Shown here piece by piece: positions 8,753 through 16,178 of a stretch of 16,178 nucleotides of DNA. Every line of letters starts with the position of its first letter. Within the stretch, counting starts at the first letter, position 1. A program made the translations under genes and the position numbers. The notes under the pieces were generated by a model, which ran no database searches, had not been told where the DNA came from, and saw only the letters and a list, made by a program, of their open reading frames with translations. The DNA lies in the NCBI GenBank assembly GCA_963978095.1, contig CAXBQP010000060.1, forward strand, positions 1-16,178, read 5' to 3'. The DNA is from an uncultured bacterium (GTDB lineage: Bacteria > Gemmatimonadota > Gemmatimonadetes > Gemmatimonadales > Gemmatimonadaceae).

Positions 8753-9649
8753 ATGCCTGCTGCACCTCACGCGCCCCGCGTCGCGATCGCCGCGATCCTG
8801 ACGCTGCTGGCCACCGCATCGCTGACCGCGCAACAGCGGACGCTCCGCGTCATCACCCCCGACAGTGTCCCGATCCCCTACGCCTGGGTCGCCATCCAGG
8901 GGCAAACGCCGCGCATCGCGGACGAAAAAGGGATGGTGACCCTCGGCTCGCTCGCCGCCAAGAGCTACGCGGCGGACATCCGACGCATCGGATACACCGC
9001 GTTCGCCGGCCCGCTCAACATCGGCGAGACCACCACCACGATCAGCCTCGCCCCGCTCGCCACGCCGCTGGGAAAAGTCACGGTCACGGGCCAAGCACTC
9101 GCGAGTGTCGAAGGGTTCTACCGCCGCTGGCTCAAACGCCAGAACGGTGGCGGCCCCGGGAGCTTCATCGGTCCGGAGGAGATCGAGAAGAAGAACACCG
9201 CGGATGTCGCCGGACTCATCCGCGACCAAAGCGGACTCAAGCTCGAGCGGGCGCGCGATGGGGGCTACGTCGCCATCGGCACGGGAAGCAACGGCTGCCA
9301 GATGGCCGTGATGGTCGACGGCCAGGTCGTCCGCGCTGCCCAGGAGTCGTCGCAGGGCACCAGTAGCCGCACCGGCATCGGATCGCCCACGGCGGATATC
9401 ACCTACGGCATGAGCGCCAAACAGAAGGACTCCGTCGCCCGCGCCGTGGCCAACAATGGAATGTCGGGCGTCGAACGCAAGTTCGCCGACTACACCAGTG
9501 CCAACTCCACCAAGATCGACCAGATCGTCCCCATCGATGCCGTGGTGGCCGTCGAAGTGTACGCCCGAACGGGGAACCTCCCCGCCGAACTCAACCTCAC
9601 GGACAACAGCTGCGGCCTGATCGCCATCTGGACCGGCGCGCGCAAGTAG
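8753..9649 (+). CDS. Secreted protein with a carboxypeptidase-regulatory-like domain and a TonB plug-like domain, no barrel; paralogue of 5710-6552
   Basis: Signal peptide ending in LTA-Q, PIPYAWV...ADEKG...RRIGY, then GFYRR...GSFIGPEEIE...VMVDG...VVAVEVY...CGLIAIWT. 298 aa. Confidence 0.75.
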   Translation: MPAAPHAPRVAIAAILTLLATASLTAQQRTLRVITPDSVPIPYAWVAIQGQTPRIADEKGMVTLGSLAAKSYAADIRRIGYTAFAGPLNIGETTTTISLAPLATPLGKVTVTGQALASVEGFYRRWLKRQNGGGPGSFIGPEEIEKKNTADVAGLIRDQSGLKLERARDGGYVAIGTGSNGCQMAVMVDGQVVRAAQESSQGTSSRTGIGSPTADITYGMSAKQKDSVARAVANNGMSGVERKFADYTSANSTKIDQIVPIDAVVAVEVYARTGNLPAELNLTDNSCGLIAIWTGARK

Positions 9650-9673
9650 CCCCGCAGCGCCATTCTTGAGCCG

Positions 9674-10756
9674 TCAGCGGGCCGGCTCCGGCTCGCCCGC
9701 TTGCATCGCACGGCGCAGTGCGGCGCCGGGATCCGCCGGTGCCGCCTCCACGATGGCGATCACCCGCTCCAGCGTCCGACGCACCTCACGGGCCTCACGC
9801 GCGTACACCCGCTCGAAATCGTCGAGTCCCGTGGCGTAGATCCGCCGCGCCATCAGTGCGGCGTTGTCGAGTCGCACGCGGGGCGCGGCCCGTCGATCGA
9901 TCGTGCGCCACTGCGGCGCAATCGAGTCCACCAGCACGGCACGAGCGCGCGCGTAGATGGAATCCCGTACGGCGAGCCTATGGGACATCGCACGCGCGCC
10001 CGGATGCGCCTGGAACGCCGAGTCCAGTGTCCGGTAGGTGCGCTCCCACATGGCGCCCAGCAGGACATCGTCGGCCCACCGGTCAGCCGTTCGGCGGGCT
10101 CGCGTGCTGTCGCCGCGCGATCGCCAGAACCGCTCGGCGCCACGCGCCCCCACGAAGCTCGCAAAACTCTCGTTGAAGACCGCCTGCCCCTTGGCGTAGA
10201 ACCGGTTGTGCGTCAGCTCATGCACCACGGTGTTCACGATGTCCAACGAGTCCTCACCGAGCGTGGTCGAGAGCAACGGATCGTTGAAGAACCCGAGCGT
10301 GCTGAACGCCGGGGATGGCCGGAGGTATGTGTCGAATCCCGACGCCGCTAACGCGGCCTCCGCGTCCTTGGCCTCGGCAAAATCGAAGTACCCGCGGTAG
10401 GGCACGCGTCCCACGACCGGGAACCACCAGGTCACCGGCCGAAGCTGGTCGCGATACGCACCCGACAGGACCAGCACCAAGGTATCGTGCTCCAATCGCG
10501 TGAACTGCGTGAACGCCTCTCTCGCGGGTAACCCCAAGGAATCCGCGGCAAACCGCCGAGCCTCGAGGACGAGTTGCAACTTGGCCCGCGTCCCCGCATC
10601 GGTGGCCGGATCCGCCACCATTCGCTCGATCGACTGGCGGCGCCACAAAATCTGCCCCTCCGCCACCGCGCCACGCGCCAGATATCGCCCGATTGGCGTG
10701 ACAACCGCCAGCAGCGCGACCCCTCCAAGGAGCACCACCAACAGCCGACCAATCAT
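9674..10756 (-). CDS. Predicted zinc aminopeptidase (gluzincin, DUF2265/Aminopep-like) with an N-terminal membrane anchor
   Basis: Hydrophobic N-terminus from MIGRLLVVLL, WWFPVVGRVPYRGYF, AFSTLGFFNDPLLST, HELTH (HEXXH) and downstream FNESFA third ligand. An alternative start exists at 10840. Confidence 0.85.
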   Translation of the reverse strand: MIGRLLVVLLGGVALLAVVTPIGRYLARGAVAEGQILWRRQSIERMVADPATDAGTRAKLQLVLEARRFAADSLGLPAREAFTQFTRLEHDTLVLVLSGAYRDQLRPVTWWFPVVGRVPYRGYFDFAEAKDAEAALAASGFDTYLRPSPAFSTLGFFNDPLLSTTLGEDSLDIVNTVVHELTHNRFYAKGQAVFNESFASFVGARGAERFWRSRGDSTRARRTADRWADDVLLGAMWERTYRTLDSAFQAHPGARAMSHRLAVRDSIYARARAVLVDSIAPQWRTIDRRAAPRVRLDNAALMARRIYATGLDDFERVYAREAREVRRTLERVIAIVEAAPADPGAALRRAMQAGEPEPAR

Positions 10757-10846
10757 CCCCGCGCGTCGCCCCACGAGCCGCCTCCCCGCGTCCGAAGCCC
10801 CCGTCCGCTGCCCTTCACATGTCCCAATTCCTGATATCATATCGCT

Positions 10847-10876
10847 AAGATATTACAGCGCAACAAGTTACGCCAA
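10847..10876 (-). promoter_or_regulatory. Putative sigma70-type promoter for the aminopeptidase gene
   Basis: Minus strand reads TTGGCG (10876-10871), an 18-nt spacer, then TATCTT (10852-10847), 6 nt before an in-frame ATG at 10840. Confidence 0.4.
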
Positions 10877-10898
10877 TTCCCTGCGGGTGGAATTCGCT

Positions 10899-10928
10899 TT
10901 GACAGACCCCCTGCCCAAGCGATAACTT
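10899..10928 (+). promoter_or_regulatory. Putative sigma70-type promoter for dnaE
   Basis: Perfect TTGACA (10899-10904), an 18-nt spacer and TAACTT (10923-10928), 10 nt upstream of the dnaE ATG. Confidence 0.65.
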
Positions 10929-10938
10929 TTGAGGTTCA

Positions 10939-13900
10939 ATGTCATTCGTCCACCTGCATTGCCACTCCGAGTACTCGCTCCTCGACGGCGCCAACCGCAT
11001 CGATGATCTCATCGCGCGCGCCCTCGAGTTCGAGCAGCCGGCGCTGGCGATCACCGACCACGGCAACCTGCATGCGGCCTGGGAGTTCCAGGAGAAGGCG
11101 CGCAAGCAGAAGATCAAGCCGATCATCGGCATGGAAGCCTACGTCGCGCCGGGCGACCGCCGCCAGCGCGGCAAGCTCCAGGCAACAGACCGCAACTACT
11201 ACCACCTGGTCCTGCTCGCGCGTGACCTGCAGGGCTACAAGAACCTGGTCAAGCTCTCCTCCCTCGGCTACACCGAGGGATTCTATGGCAAGCCGCGCAT
11301 CGACCGGGAGTTGCTCGCCATGTACAGCGAGGGGATCATCGTCTCCTCCGCGTGCATGGCCGGCGAGGTCGCGCAGCATCTGCTGGCGGATCGCACCGAC
11401 GAGGCCCGTAAGGCCGCGGAATGGTATGCGGACGTCTTCCGGGATCGGTATTACCTGGAAGTCCAGGCGCACGAGGCCGGTGAGCAGCAGCTCCTGAACG
11501 CCAAGGTGTTTGACTTGGCGGCGCGCATGAACCTCCCGGTCATCGCGACCAACGACGCCCACTTCCTGAAGGCCGAGGACCACGACGCGCACGACGTGTT
11601 GCTGTGCATCGGCCTCAAGAAGGACCGCCTCGACGACAACCGGATGCACTACGACCGGGGGCTCTACTTCAAGAGCGCCCCCGAGATGCGCGAGCACTTC
11701 GGGGCGCGCCCCGATGTGCTGGAGAACACGCTGAAGATCGCCGACGAGGCGGGCTTCACCTTCGACAAGAAGTACTACGTCCCCTCCTTCCCCCTCCCGA
11801 CGGGGGTGAAGACGGAGAACGACCTCCTCGTGGAACTCTCGACCAAGGGCGCGGTCGAACGGTACGGGTCCCCCCTGCCGGCCACGGTGCAGGAGCGCCT
11901 GGACTACGAGCTGGGCGTCATCACCAAGACCGGCTACGCGGGCTACTTCCTGATCGTCGCCGACTTCATCGCGGCGGCGCGCGCCAAGGGGATCCCCGTG
12001 GGTCCGGGCCGTGGCTCGGCGGCGGGCTCGATCGTCGCCTACGCCACGCGCATCACCGACGTCTGCCCGCTCAAGTTCGACCTGCTGTTCGAGCGCTTCC
12101 TGAATCCCGAACGCGTGTCGATGCCTGACATCGACGTCGACTTCTGCGAAGAGCGCCGCGGCGAGGTCATCGAGTACGTCCGCGACAAGTACGGCCGCGA
12201 TTGCGTCGGGCAGATCATCACCTTCGGGACGCTCAAGTCACGCGCCGCCATCAAGGATGTCGGCCGCGTCCTGGGCTTCACCCCGGCGGAGACCGACACG
12301 ATCGCCAAACTGATCCCGAATCAGCCGAACTTCTCGCTGACGGTCAAAGAGGCCATCGCGCAGATTCCCGAGGTCGGCAAGCTCTACGAGAGCGACGAGC
12401 GCACCGCGCAGCTGCTCGATTTCGCCATCGCACTCGAAGGGCTCTCCCGCCACGCCGGCGTCCATGCCGCGGGGGTCGTGATCGCGCCGGGCCCGATCGA
12501 TGACTACGTCCCGGTCTGCACCCAGGACTCCAAGGGGAGCGGGAGCGACGGCGACGCCCGCGTCGTGGTGACGCAGTACGACATGAACGCGCTCGAGAAG
12601 GCCGGGATGCTCAAGATGGACTTCCTCGGCCTCACGACGCTCACGATCATTCACGATACCCTCGAAGCGATCAAGGCGCGGGGACGCGAGGTGCCGAACC
12701 TCGACACCCTCCCGCTCGACGACGAGGCCACCTACCGCACACTGCGCGCGGGGCGCACCGCCGGCGTCTTCCAGTTCGAGTCGCCCCTCGCGACCGACAT
12801 GGTGCGCTCCATGCGTGCCGACAGTTTCGACGACCTCGTCGCCTCCAACGCCCTGATGCGCCCCGGCCCGCTCGACGCCGGGATGCACAAGACGTACTGC
12901 CGCCGCAAGAAGGGGGAGGAGCCGGTCTCGTACCAACTCCCCGAGCTCGAGGAGATCCTCAAGCCGACCTACGGCGTCATCACCTATCAGGAACAGGTGA
13001 TGCGCATCGCGCAGCGCCTGGCGGGGATCTCGCTCGCCGAAGCCGACGTGCTGCGCAAGGCGGTCGGCAAGAAGGACGCCGAGCTCATCAAGAAGGAACT
13101 CGACAAGTTCGTCACGAAGTCCGTCGAGCGCGGCTTCGATCGCAAGACCATCAACGACATCTCGGGGCAGATCGAGACCTTCGGCCGCTACGGCTTCAAC
13201 AAATCGCACTCGGTCGCGTACTCGGTGCTGTCGTACCACACCGCGTACCTCAAGGTGCATTACCCGGCCGAGTTCATGGCCGCGCTGCTCTCGGCGTGCA
13301 TCGGCGACACCGACTCGGTGGTGAAGTACATCAACGAGGCGCGCGACCTGGGACTCGAGATCCTCCCGCCGGACGTCAACGAATCCGGCTACAAGTTCAC
13401 CGTCATCAGCGACACCCGCATCCGCTTCGGTCTGGGCGCGGTGCGCAACGTCGGCCGCGGTGCGATCGACTCCATCATCGCCGGCCGGCTCGTCCATGGC
13501 GTGAAGAAGCCGTACGAGACGCTCTACGACTTCGCGGAGCGCGTGGACCTGCGCGTATGCAACAAGCGCGTCTTCGAAGCGCTCATCTATTCCGGGGCGC
13601 TCGACGGCCTCAATGGCCATCGGGCACAGTTCGCGGCCGCCACCGATGGCGCCATGCAGGCCGCCTCGCTCGCACAAGTCGAACTCGCGACCGGACAAGG
13701 CTCGCTCTTCGGTGACGCCGGCCCCGCCGCCGCGACGCCCAGCGCCCAACTCCGCCCCACGCTCCCCAACCTCCAGCCGCTCAGTGAACACGAACGGCTC
13801 ACCAAGGAGAAGGAGATCCTGGGCTTCTACATCTCGGGACACCCGCTCGAACCCTTCCGCGCCGAGTGCGAACTGCTGGCGACGCATTCGGTGTCACAGC

Positions 13901-14436
13901 TCGGACCGTGGACCGAACAGCAGATGCAACTCACGGTCGTGGTCACCACGATCCGCAAACAGATCAGCAAGAAATCCGGCAACGAGTTCGCGCGACTCAC
14001 GATCGAGGATTTCTCGGGGTCCGCCGAGGTCTTGGTGTTTCCCGAAGCCTGGGCCGCGATCGGCGACCGTGTACATGCCGATGTCCCCGTGATGCTCAAG
14101 GGGGGCTACTCGAAGCGTGACCAGACGGCCGACACGCCCACCTTCATCGTCGAATCGATCACCCGTCTCGCCGAACTGCGCACCACCGGGCAGATCTCGG
14201 TGGCGCTCGAACTCTCGCAGGCCGAACCCGTCGATACGGCGGTCATGAACGATATCCGCGCGGTCGTCGATGCCCATCCGGGCTCGGCGCCGCTTGAAGT
14301 GCGTTGGAACGGCATCGACGGCACGCGCGCCACCTGGCGCTCGGCCTCACTCACGCTGTCCCCTGCGTCCGCCGCCCTGCTGGAGCTGCGCGCGCTCCTC
14401 GGGACGGAACGCGTGCGCCTCGTGCGCGGGAGCTGA
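10939..14436 (+). CDS. dnaE: DNA polymerase III alpha subunit
   Basis: 1165 aa. PHP domain (HLHCHSEYSLLDG, TDHGN), GPGRGSAAGS, FERFLNPERVSMPDIDVDF catalytic Asp motif, KMDFLGL, YGFNKSH, clamp-binding-like QGSLF, EKEILGFYISGHP and an OB fold. Confidence 0.98.
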   Translation: MSFVHLHCHSEYSLLDGANRIDDLIARALEFEQPALAITDHGNLHAAWEFQEKARKQKIKPIIGMEAYVAPGDRRQRGKLQATDRNYYHLVLLARDLQGYKNLVKLSSLGYTEGFYGKPRIDRELLAMYSEGIIVSSACMAGEVAQHLLADRTDEARKAAEWYADVFRDRYYLEVQAHEAGEQQLLNAKVFDLAARMNLPVIATNDAHFLKAEDHDAHDVLLCIGLKKDRLDDNRMHYDRGLYFKSAPEMREHFGARPDVLENTLKIADEAGFTFDKKYYVPSFPLPTGVKTENDLLVELSTKGAVERYGSPLPATVQERLDYELGVITKTGYAGYFLIVADFIAAARAKGIPVGPGRGSAAGSIVAYATRITDVCPLKFDLLFERFLNPERVSMPDIDVDFCEERRGEVIEYVRDKYGRDCVGQIITFGTLKSRAAIKDVGRVLGFTPAETDTIAKLIPNQPNFSLTVKEAIAQIPEVGKLYESDERTAQLLDFAIALEGLSRHAGVHAAGVVIAPGPIDDYVPVCTQDSKGSGSDGDARVVVTQYDMNALEKAGMLKMDFLGLTTLTIIHDTLEAIKARGREVPNLDTLPLDDEATYRTLRAGRTAGVFQFESPLATDMVRSMRADSFDDLVASNALMRPGPLDAGMHKTYCRRKKGEEPVSYQLPELEEILKPTYGVITYQEQVMRIAQRLAGISLAEADVLRKAVGKKDAELIKKELDKFVTKSVERGFDRKTINDISGQIETFGRYGFNKSHSVAYSVLSYHTAYLKVHYPAEFMAALLSACIGDTDSVVKYINEARDLGLEILPPDVNESGYKFTVISDTRIRFGLGAVRNVGRGAIDSIIAGRLVHGVKKPYETLYDFAERVDLRVCNKRVFEALIYSGALDGLNGHRAQFAAATDGAMQAASLAQVELATGQGSLFGDAGPAAATPSAQLRPTLPNLQPLSEHERLTKEKEILGFYISGHPLEPFRAECELLATHSVSQLGPWTEQQMQLTVVVTTIRKQISKKSGNEFARLTIEDFSGSAEVLVFPEAWAAIGDRVHADVPVMLKGGYSKRDQTADTPTFIVESITRLAELRTTGQISVALELSQAEPVDTAVMNDIRAVVDAHPGSAPLEVRWNGIDGTRATWRSASLTLSPASAALLELRALLGTERVRLVRGS

Positions 14437-14437
14437 C

Positions 14438-15403
14438 ATGGGCACCTCCGCTTTGGAATTCGAGAAGCCACTCGTCGAAATCGAGAAGCAGATCGAGGAA
14501 CTCCGCCGCATGGCCGAGGAACGCGAGATCAGCGTCGATCGGGAGATCGAGCCGCTGCAGATCAAGCTCGGCACGCTCCGCAAGGAGATCTACGAGAATC
14601 TCACCCCCGTGCAGCGGGTGCAGGTCGCCCGCAGTCCGCGTCGCCCCTTCACGCTCGATTACGTGCGCCTGGCCTTCACCGACTGGATCGAGGTCCACGG
14701 GGATCGCGCATTCCGCGACGACCCCGCCATCGTCGGCGGCTGGGCCCGTCTCGATGGCGAGACGGTGATGGTCATCGGACAACAGCGTGGCCGTGACACC
14801 AAGGAGAACCTGCACCGCAACTTCGGCATGCCGCACCCGGAAGGGTATCGCAAGGCGCTTCGGCTGATGAAGCTCGCCGAGAAGTTCCACGTGCCGATCG
14901 TCACCTTCATCGACACGCCTGGCGCGTGGGCCGGCCTGGGCGCGGAAGAGCGCGGCCAGAGCGAAGCGATCGCGCGCAACCTGCTGGAGATGAGCCAACT
15001 CACCGTGCCGATCATCGCGACCGTGATCGGCGAGGGGGGCTCCGGGGGCGCGCTCGCCCTCGCGGTGGCGGACCGCATCCTCATGCTCCAGAACTCCGTC
15101 TGCTCGGTGATCACGGTGGAAGGGTGCGCCGCCATCCTGTGGAAGGATGGCAAGAGCCCCGAGATGCGGGAGAAGGCCGCGACCGCACTCAAGATCACCG
15201 CCCCCGACCTGCTCGAACTCCGGGTGATCGATGAGATCGTCCCCGAGCCCGACGGAGGGGCCCACACCAACCACGAGATCGCCGCCGCCACCCTCCGGGA
15301 GGCGCTCGTGCGCAATCTCGACGAACTGCGCCGGCTCAAACCGGACAAGCTCGTCCGCCGCCGTCGCGAGAAATTCCTGCGCATGGGGCAGTTCGAGGAA
15401 TGA
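14438..15403 (+). CDS. accA: Acetyl-CoA carboxylase carboxyltransferase alpha subunit
   Basis: Starts 1 nt after the dnaE stop. LEFEKP, HGDRAFRDDPAIVGG, RNFGMPHPEGYRKALRLM, FIDTPGA, AEERGQ and IGEGGSGGALA. 321 aa. Confidence 0.97.
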   Translation: MGTSALEFEKPLVEIEKQIEELRRMAEEREISVDREIEPLQIKLGTLRKEIYENLTPVQRVQVARSPRRPFTLDYVRLAFTDWIEVHGDRAFRDDPAIVGGWARLDGETVMVIGQQRGRDTKENLHRNFGMPHPEGYRKALRLMKLAEKFHVPIVTFIDTPGAWAGLGAEERGQSEAIARNLLEMSQLTVPIIATVIGEGGSGGALALAVADRILMLQNSVCSVITVEGCAAILWKDGKSPEMREKAATALKITAPDLLELRVIDEIVPEPDGGAHTNHEIAAATLREALVRNLDELRRLKPDKLVRRRREKFLRMGQFEE

Positions 15404-15422
15404 CCACGCCCGCCACGAGCGT

Positions 15423-16105
15423 ATGCCGCAACTGATCGAAGTCGAGTTCAAAGGCAACCGCCGCGATTTCTTCATGTGGCCCTTCGACGACGCGCCGAAG
15501 CTCAAGACGGCGGTCATCGTCGAAGTGGAGCGCGGCGAGGATCTCGGACGCGTCTGCGCCATTGGGGAGACCGCGAAGCTCCGCAAGAGCGGCACGACGC
15601 ACGGCAAGGCGGCGCCCAGCCGCTCGCCGGCGGCGCGGCGCGCGGCGAACGCCACCGAGATCGCGCGCGCGGCGGAACTCCGGGCGGATGAGGAATCCGT
15701 CCGGCGTCAGGCGATCGACATGGTCCGGACCCTCGACCTCGAGATGAAGATCTCGGACGTCGAATGGCAACTCGACCGCAAGCGCCTCACGGTGTATTTC
15801 ACCGCCGAGAAACGCGTCGATTTCCGTACGCTGGTCCGCCAGATCGAAACGGCATGCGCGACACGCGTGCACATGTGGCACATCGGCGTGCGCGACGAAG
15901 CCCGCCGCCTCGACGGGATCGGCCGCTGCGGCCGCCAGTTCTGCAGCGCCAGCTGGCTCCCGGACCTGCGACCCGTCAAGTCGAGCGTCGCCAAGGATCA
16001 GCGGCTCTCCACGCTGAACCCGGCGCAAATCTCCGGGACCTGCGGCCGCCTCATGTGCTGCCTCCGCTACGAGCACGAGTTCTACGTCCAGCAGCGCAAG
16101 AAATT
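15423..16105 (+). CDS. ricT: PSP1-domain / RicT (YaaT)-like Fe-S regulatory protein, 3'-truncated by adapter sequence
   Basis: MPQLIEVEFKGNRR, VIVEVERGEDLG, YFTAEKRVDFRTLV, IGVRDEAR, GRCGRQFC and ISGTCGRLMCCLRYE are typical of the PSP1/YaaT family. Confidence 0.9.
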
Positions 16106-16178
16106 AGATCGGAAGAGCACACGTCTGAACTCCAGTCACGTGGCCTTATCTCGTATGCCGTCTTCTGCTTGAAAAAAA
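16106..16178 (+). other. Illumina TruSeq indexed adapter plus A-tail (sequencing artefact)
   Basis: AGATCGGAAGAGCACACGTCTGAACTCCAGTCAC (16106-16139), index GTGGCC+TT (16140-16147), ATCTCGTATGCCGTCTTCTGCTTG (16148-16171), then A7. Confidence 0.99.

Noticed and set aside
9650..9673. Possible bidirectional terminator between convergent genes (also 4129-4147)
   Set aside because: No convincing stem or U-tract in either short gap.
12520..12560. Small Gly/Ser/Asp-rich insertion in DnaE (QDSKGSGSDGD) as a possible intein remnant
   Set aside because: About 10 residues with no intein splice-junction motifs, and the protein length is normal. Likely a surface loop.
12238..15655. Long minus-strand ORFs (549, 434 and 241 aa) opposite dnaE/accA
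   Set aside because: Shadow ORFs fully overlapping well-supported essential genes.
16172..16178. Terminal poly-A as a biological tail
   Set aside because: It directly follows the P7 adapter end and is a typical read-through artefact.

Overview
GC-rich bacterial chromosomal segment, probably a metagenome or draft contig end. The gene style suggests Gemmatimonadota, but this is inference only. Left: a 2-oxoacid dehydrogenase/lipoylation cluster (5'-truncated E2 acyltransferase, lpdA, lipB) with a translationally coupled alpha/beta-hydrolase lipoprotein. Middle: a GT39/ArnT-like membrane glycosyltransferase, two paralogous secreted 'carboxypeptidase-regulatory-like + TonB-plug-like' proteins without a beta-barrel that flank a UvrD/Rep helicase, and an HEXXH aminopeptidase-like gene. 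Right: dnaE-accA-ricT(PSP1). The last 73 nt are an Illumina TruSeq adapter plus an A-tail, so the ricT 3' end is an artefact. No rRNA, tRNA, CRISPR array or mobile element was seen. The most notable signals are the barrel-less plug paralogues, a recurring TAnnTT-N6-ATG leaderless-type start, and an AT-rich dyad in the divergent dnaE promoter region.
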